64,000 bases of DNA from Felis catus (lineage: Eukaryota): assembly GCF_018350175.1 (NCBI RefSeq), contig NC_058375.1, forward strand, positions 13,268,001 to 13,332,000, read 5' to 3'. A program made the translations under genes and the position numbers. Shown here piece after piece: positions 61,722-64,000 of the stretch. The notes below the pieces were generated by a model. It saw only the letters and a program-made list of their open reading frames with translations. It did no database searches and had not been told where the DNA came from. Position 1 is the stretch's first letter. Every line of letters begins with the position of its first letter.

Positions 61722-62200
61722 TCTGTATCTGTTGGGAACGCTTTTGGCTGCAAGTAACAGAATCCCCAACTGACAGTGGCTGAAACATTTCTCGTGGGTC
61801 CTCACATTTTCCCAGAAGTCAGGAGGTGGGGTATTGTGGGATTGGGCCGGGCGGCTACTGATGATCAAGGCACAGGGAGCGTCTGCAATTCTCTGACCTC
61901 GCTCTCGGGATCACAAGGTGGCGGACACGGTGCAGCTGTGAGACCGTCCCCACCCCACCCAGGACCCTGTTGAAGGCAGCACGGGGGGGTGGGGGCAGGT
62001 AGGGAGCAGAGCTTTCCCCGGCTTGTTCTCTCCTGTCAAAGAGGAAGCCCCCTCCCCCAGCAGCTTTCCCCTTCCGCGTCTCTAGCCAGGACCAGACACG
62101 CAGGGACGTTCTGCTACCAAAGGACGACGGCGCTGATAGCTTTGAGGCAAGCAACCGCGACAGAGCGCGGTCTCCAGGCTCTGGAAAGCATCTGAACGGC
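61722..62200. mobile_element. Old MaLR LTR (MLT1J/K-like)
   Basis: cttttggctgcaagtaacagaa..ccaact..cagtggct.aaaca start motif. Confidence 0.55.
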
Positions 62201-62751
62201 CAATGCATTCAAACCCGCTGGACTGTAAGACCCTCATCCACAGCCCCTCCCCTCTTCCTATTCTCGGGGTCTAACACAGTAAATCCGTTCGTTCGACGCA
62301 CATCTATTCTTCTCCAAGGGCCTGCTGTGCACCACACGCCACGGCAGGCCACGAGCCAGCGTGGCCCGGCAGAAACACTGTGGGCTTTGGAGCCGGGCCA
62401 AAGGGTCTCTGAGTGCCACCCTTTTCAAGCTGTGTGACCCCAGGCAAGTCGCTTCCCCTCTCCGCACTCCCCTTTTGTCGTTGTAGGGTGGTCGTGAAGA
62501 CTGACTAAGATAACGCATAACAGGCACAGGACACGTAGCCATTCAATGGATGGGGACGGATGATAATGGCATGAAGGGAGACGGCGTGCGGAGGGGGTGG
62601 CTAATGCGCCTACGTGCTCATCAGCTGCTTTTCTGTGTGACATGGCACCAAATGGCTCGGCGCTCCCTGCTGGGGAGAAAGGGCCAAAGGCGTCATGGCC
62701 ACTCAGAGCTCTGATTCCTTCTGGAGGCTGCCATCAAAAAACAGAGAATGA

Positions 62752-63399
62752 GGGGCGCCTGGGTGGCGCAGTCGGTTAAGCGTCCAACTTCAGCCAGGTC
62801 ACGATCTCGTGGTCTGTGAGTTCGAGCCCCGCGTCGGGCTCTGGGCTGATGGCTCAGAGCCTGGAGCCTGTTTCCGATTCTGTGTCTCCCTCTCTCTCTG
62901 CCCCTCCCCCGTTCATGCTCTGTCTCTCTCTGTCCCAAAAATAAAATAAAAATGTTGAAAAAAAATAAAAATTAAAAATAGGGGCGCCTGGGTGACTCAG
63001 TCGGTTGAGCGTCCGCCTTCGGCTCAGGTCATGATCTCACGGTTCCAGCCTCAGCCTCGCGTCGGGCTCTGTGCCGACAGCTCACAGCCTGGAGCCTGCT
63101 TCGGATTCTGTGTCTCCCTCTCTCTCTGCCCCTCCCCCACTCATGCTCTGTCTCTTTCTGTCAAAAATAAATAAACATTAAAAAAAAATTTTTGGGGGGC
63201 GCCTGGGTGGCGCAGTCGGTTAAGCGTCCGACTTCAGCCAGGTCACGATCTCACCGTCCGTGAGTTCGAGCCCCGCGTCGGGCTCTGGGCTGATGGCTCG
63301 GAGCCTGGAGCCTGTTTCCGATTCTGTGTCTCCCTCTCTCTCTGCTCCTCCCCCGTTCATGCTCTGTCTCTCTCTGTCCCAAAAATAAATAAACGTTGA
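62752..63399 (+). mobile_element. Head-to-tail array of three SINEs (62752-62980, 62981-63193, 63194-63399)
   Basis: Three full bodies bounded by one 16-bp TSD aaaaaacagagaatga at 62736-62751 and 63400-63415. Confidence 0.93.
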
Positions 63400-64000
63400 A
63401 AAAAACAGAGAATGATAACAATGGCCACCATCGGTTGGATGATTCCTGCGCCCCTGGCACTGTGCCGGAGCCTTGCAAGTATCGACTCCTGGAAATCCCA
63501 GCAGATAGGTACCACTATGAACTCTATTTCTCCGTTGAGGAAACTGAGGCCCAGGGAGGTTACAGACTTAAGCCCCCAGCCCCTGGTTCTGGAGCCCAAG
63601 CTCTCACGACCCCTCCGCTGCCTCTCTAGACTAGATTCTTAACGTCTTTCCTGCCCACGTCCCTCCATACGGCAGATGCTCCTTGCTCACCTGGAGGGCA
63701 TCCAGACGAAATTGCATTTGGAAGTATTTCCACCAAGAGGAGCAGCCGGCAAAGCATCGTCACACCCCCGCCCCCGACCTGCCCCCTCAGAGGAGGGACA
63801 CTCCATCCTGCACGTCCAGGGGGCTGGGGGCACGACAGCACGGGCCCGAGTGATGCCACGGTACCCTCAGCTCTTCGCAGTATGGCTTCTTTGTCGTCGT
63901 CGGCGTCCCGCATCCCCAGACGGTGCTGCGGGACCTCGCATCCCTTCCCGGCACCTTGTTATACTGGGCTCTGGGCCGTGTACACACAGAGACTCAACCT

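Overview
Mammalian genomic DNA from a felid: it carries Can-SINE/SINEC_Fc copies and an L1_Fc-type 3' end, but the species cannot be fixed from sequence alone. It has two N-gaps. The only credible protein-coding gene is the intronless KLHDC7A CDS (+ strand, ATG 17908 to TAG 20280, 790 aa): N-terminal hydrophobic anchor, long disordered region, BACK-like helices, Kelch propeller and C-terminal QTRV. A likely polyA signal sits at 24102. The rest is intergenic DNA; from recalled human synteny this is the IGSF21-KLHDC7A-PAX7 interval. It holds more than 30 tRNA-derived SINEs, old and young L1, MIR/L2, MaLR/ERVL/ERV1 solo LTRs, hAT MITEs and several repeat-free, motif-dense candidate enhancers. I find no convincing new gene system. 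The best leads are the BTB-less, membrane-anchored KLHDC7A architecture, a SINE with an apparent 3' transduction, a three-SINE array bounded by one TSD pair, a Sox-Oct/homeobox candidate enhancer between two inverted LTRs, and a nested L1-in-L1 stack. Repeat subfamily names come from recalled consensus sequences, not from a database search, and boundaries of old repeats are approximate.
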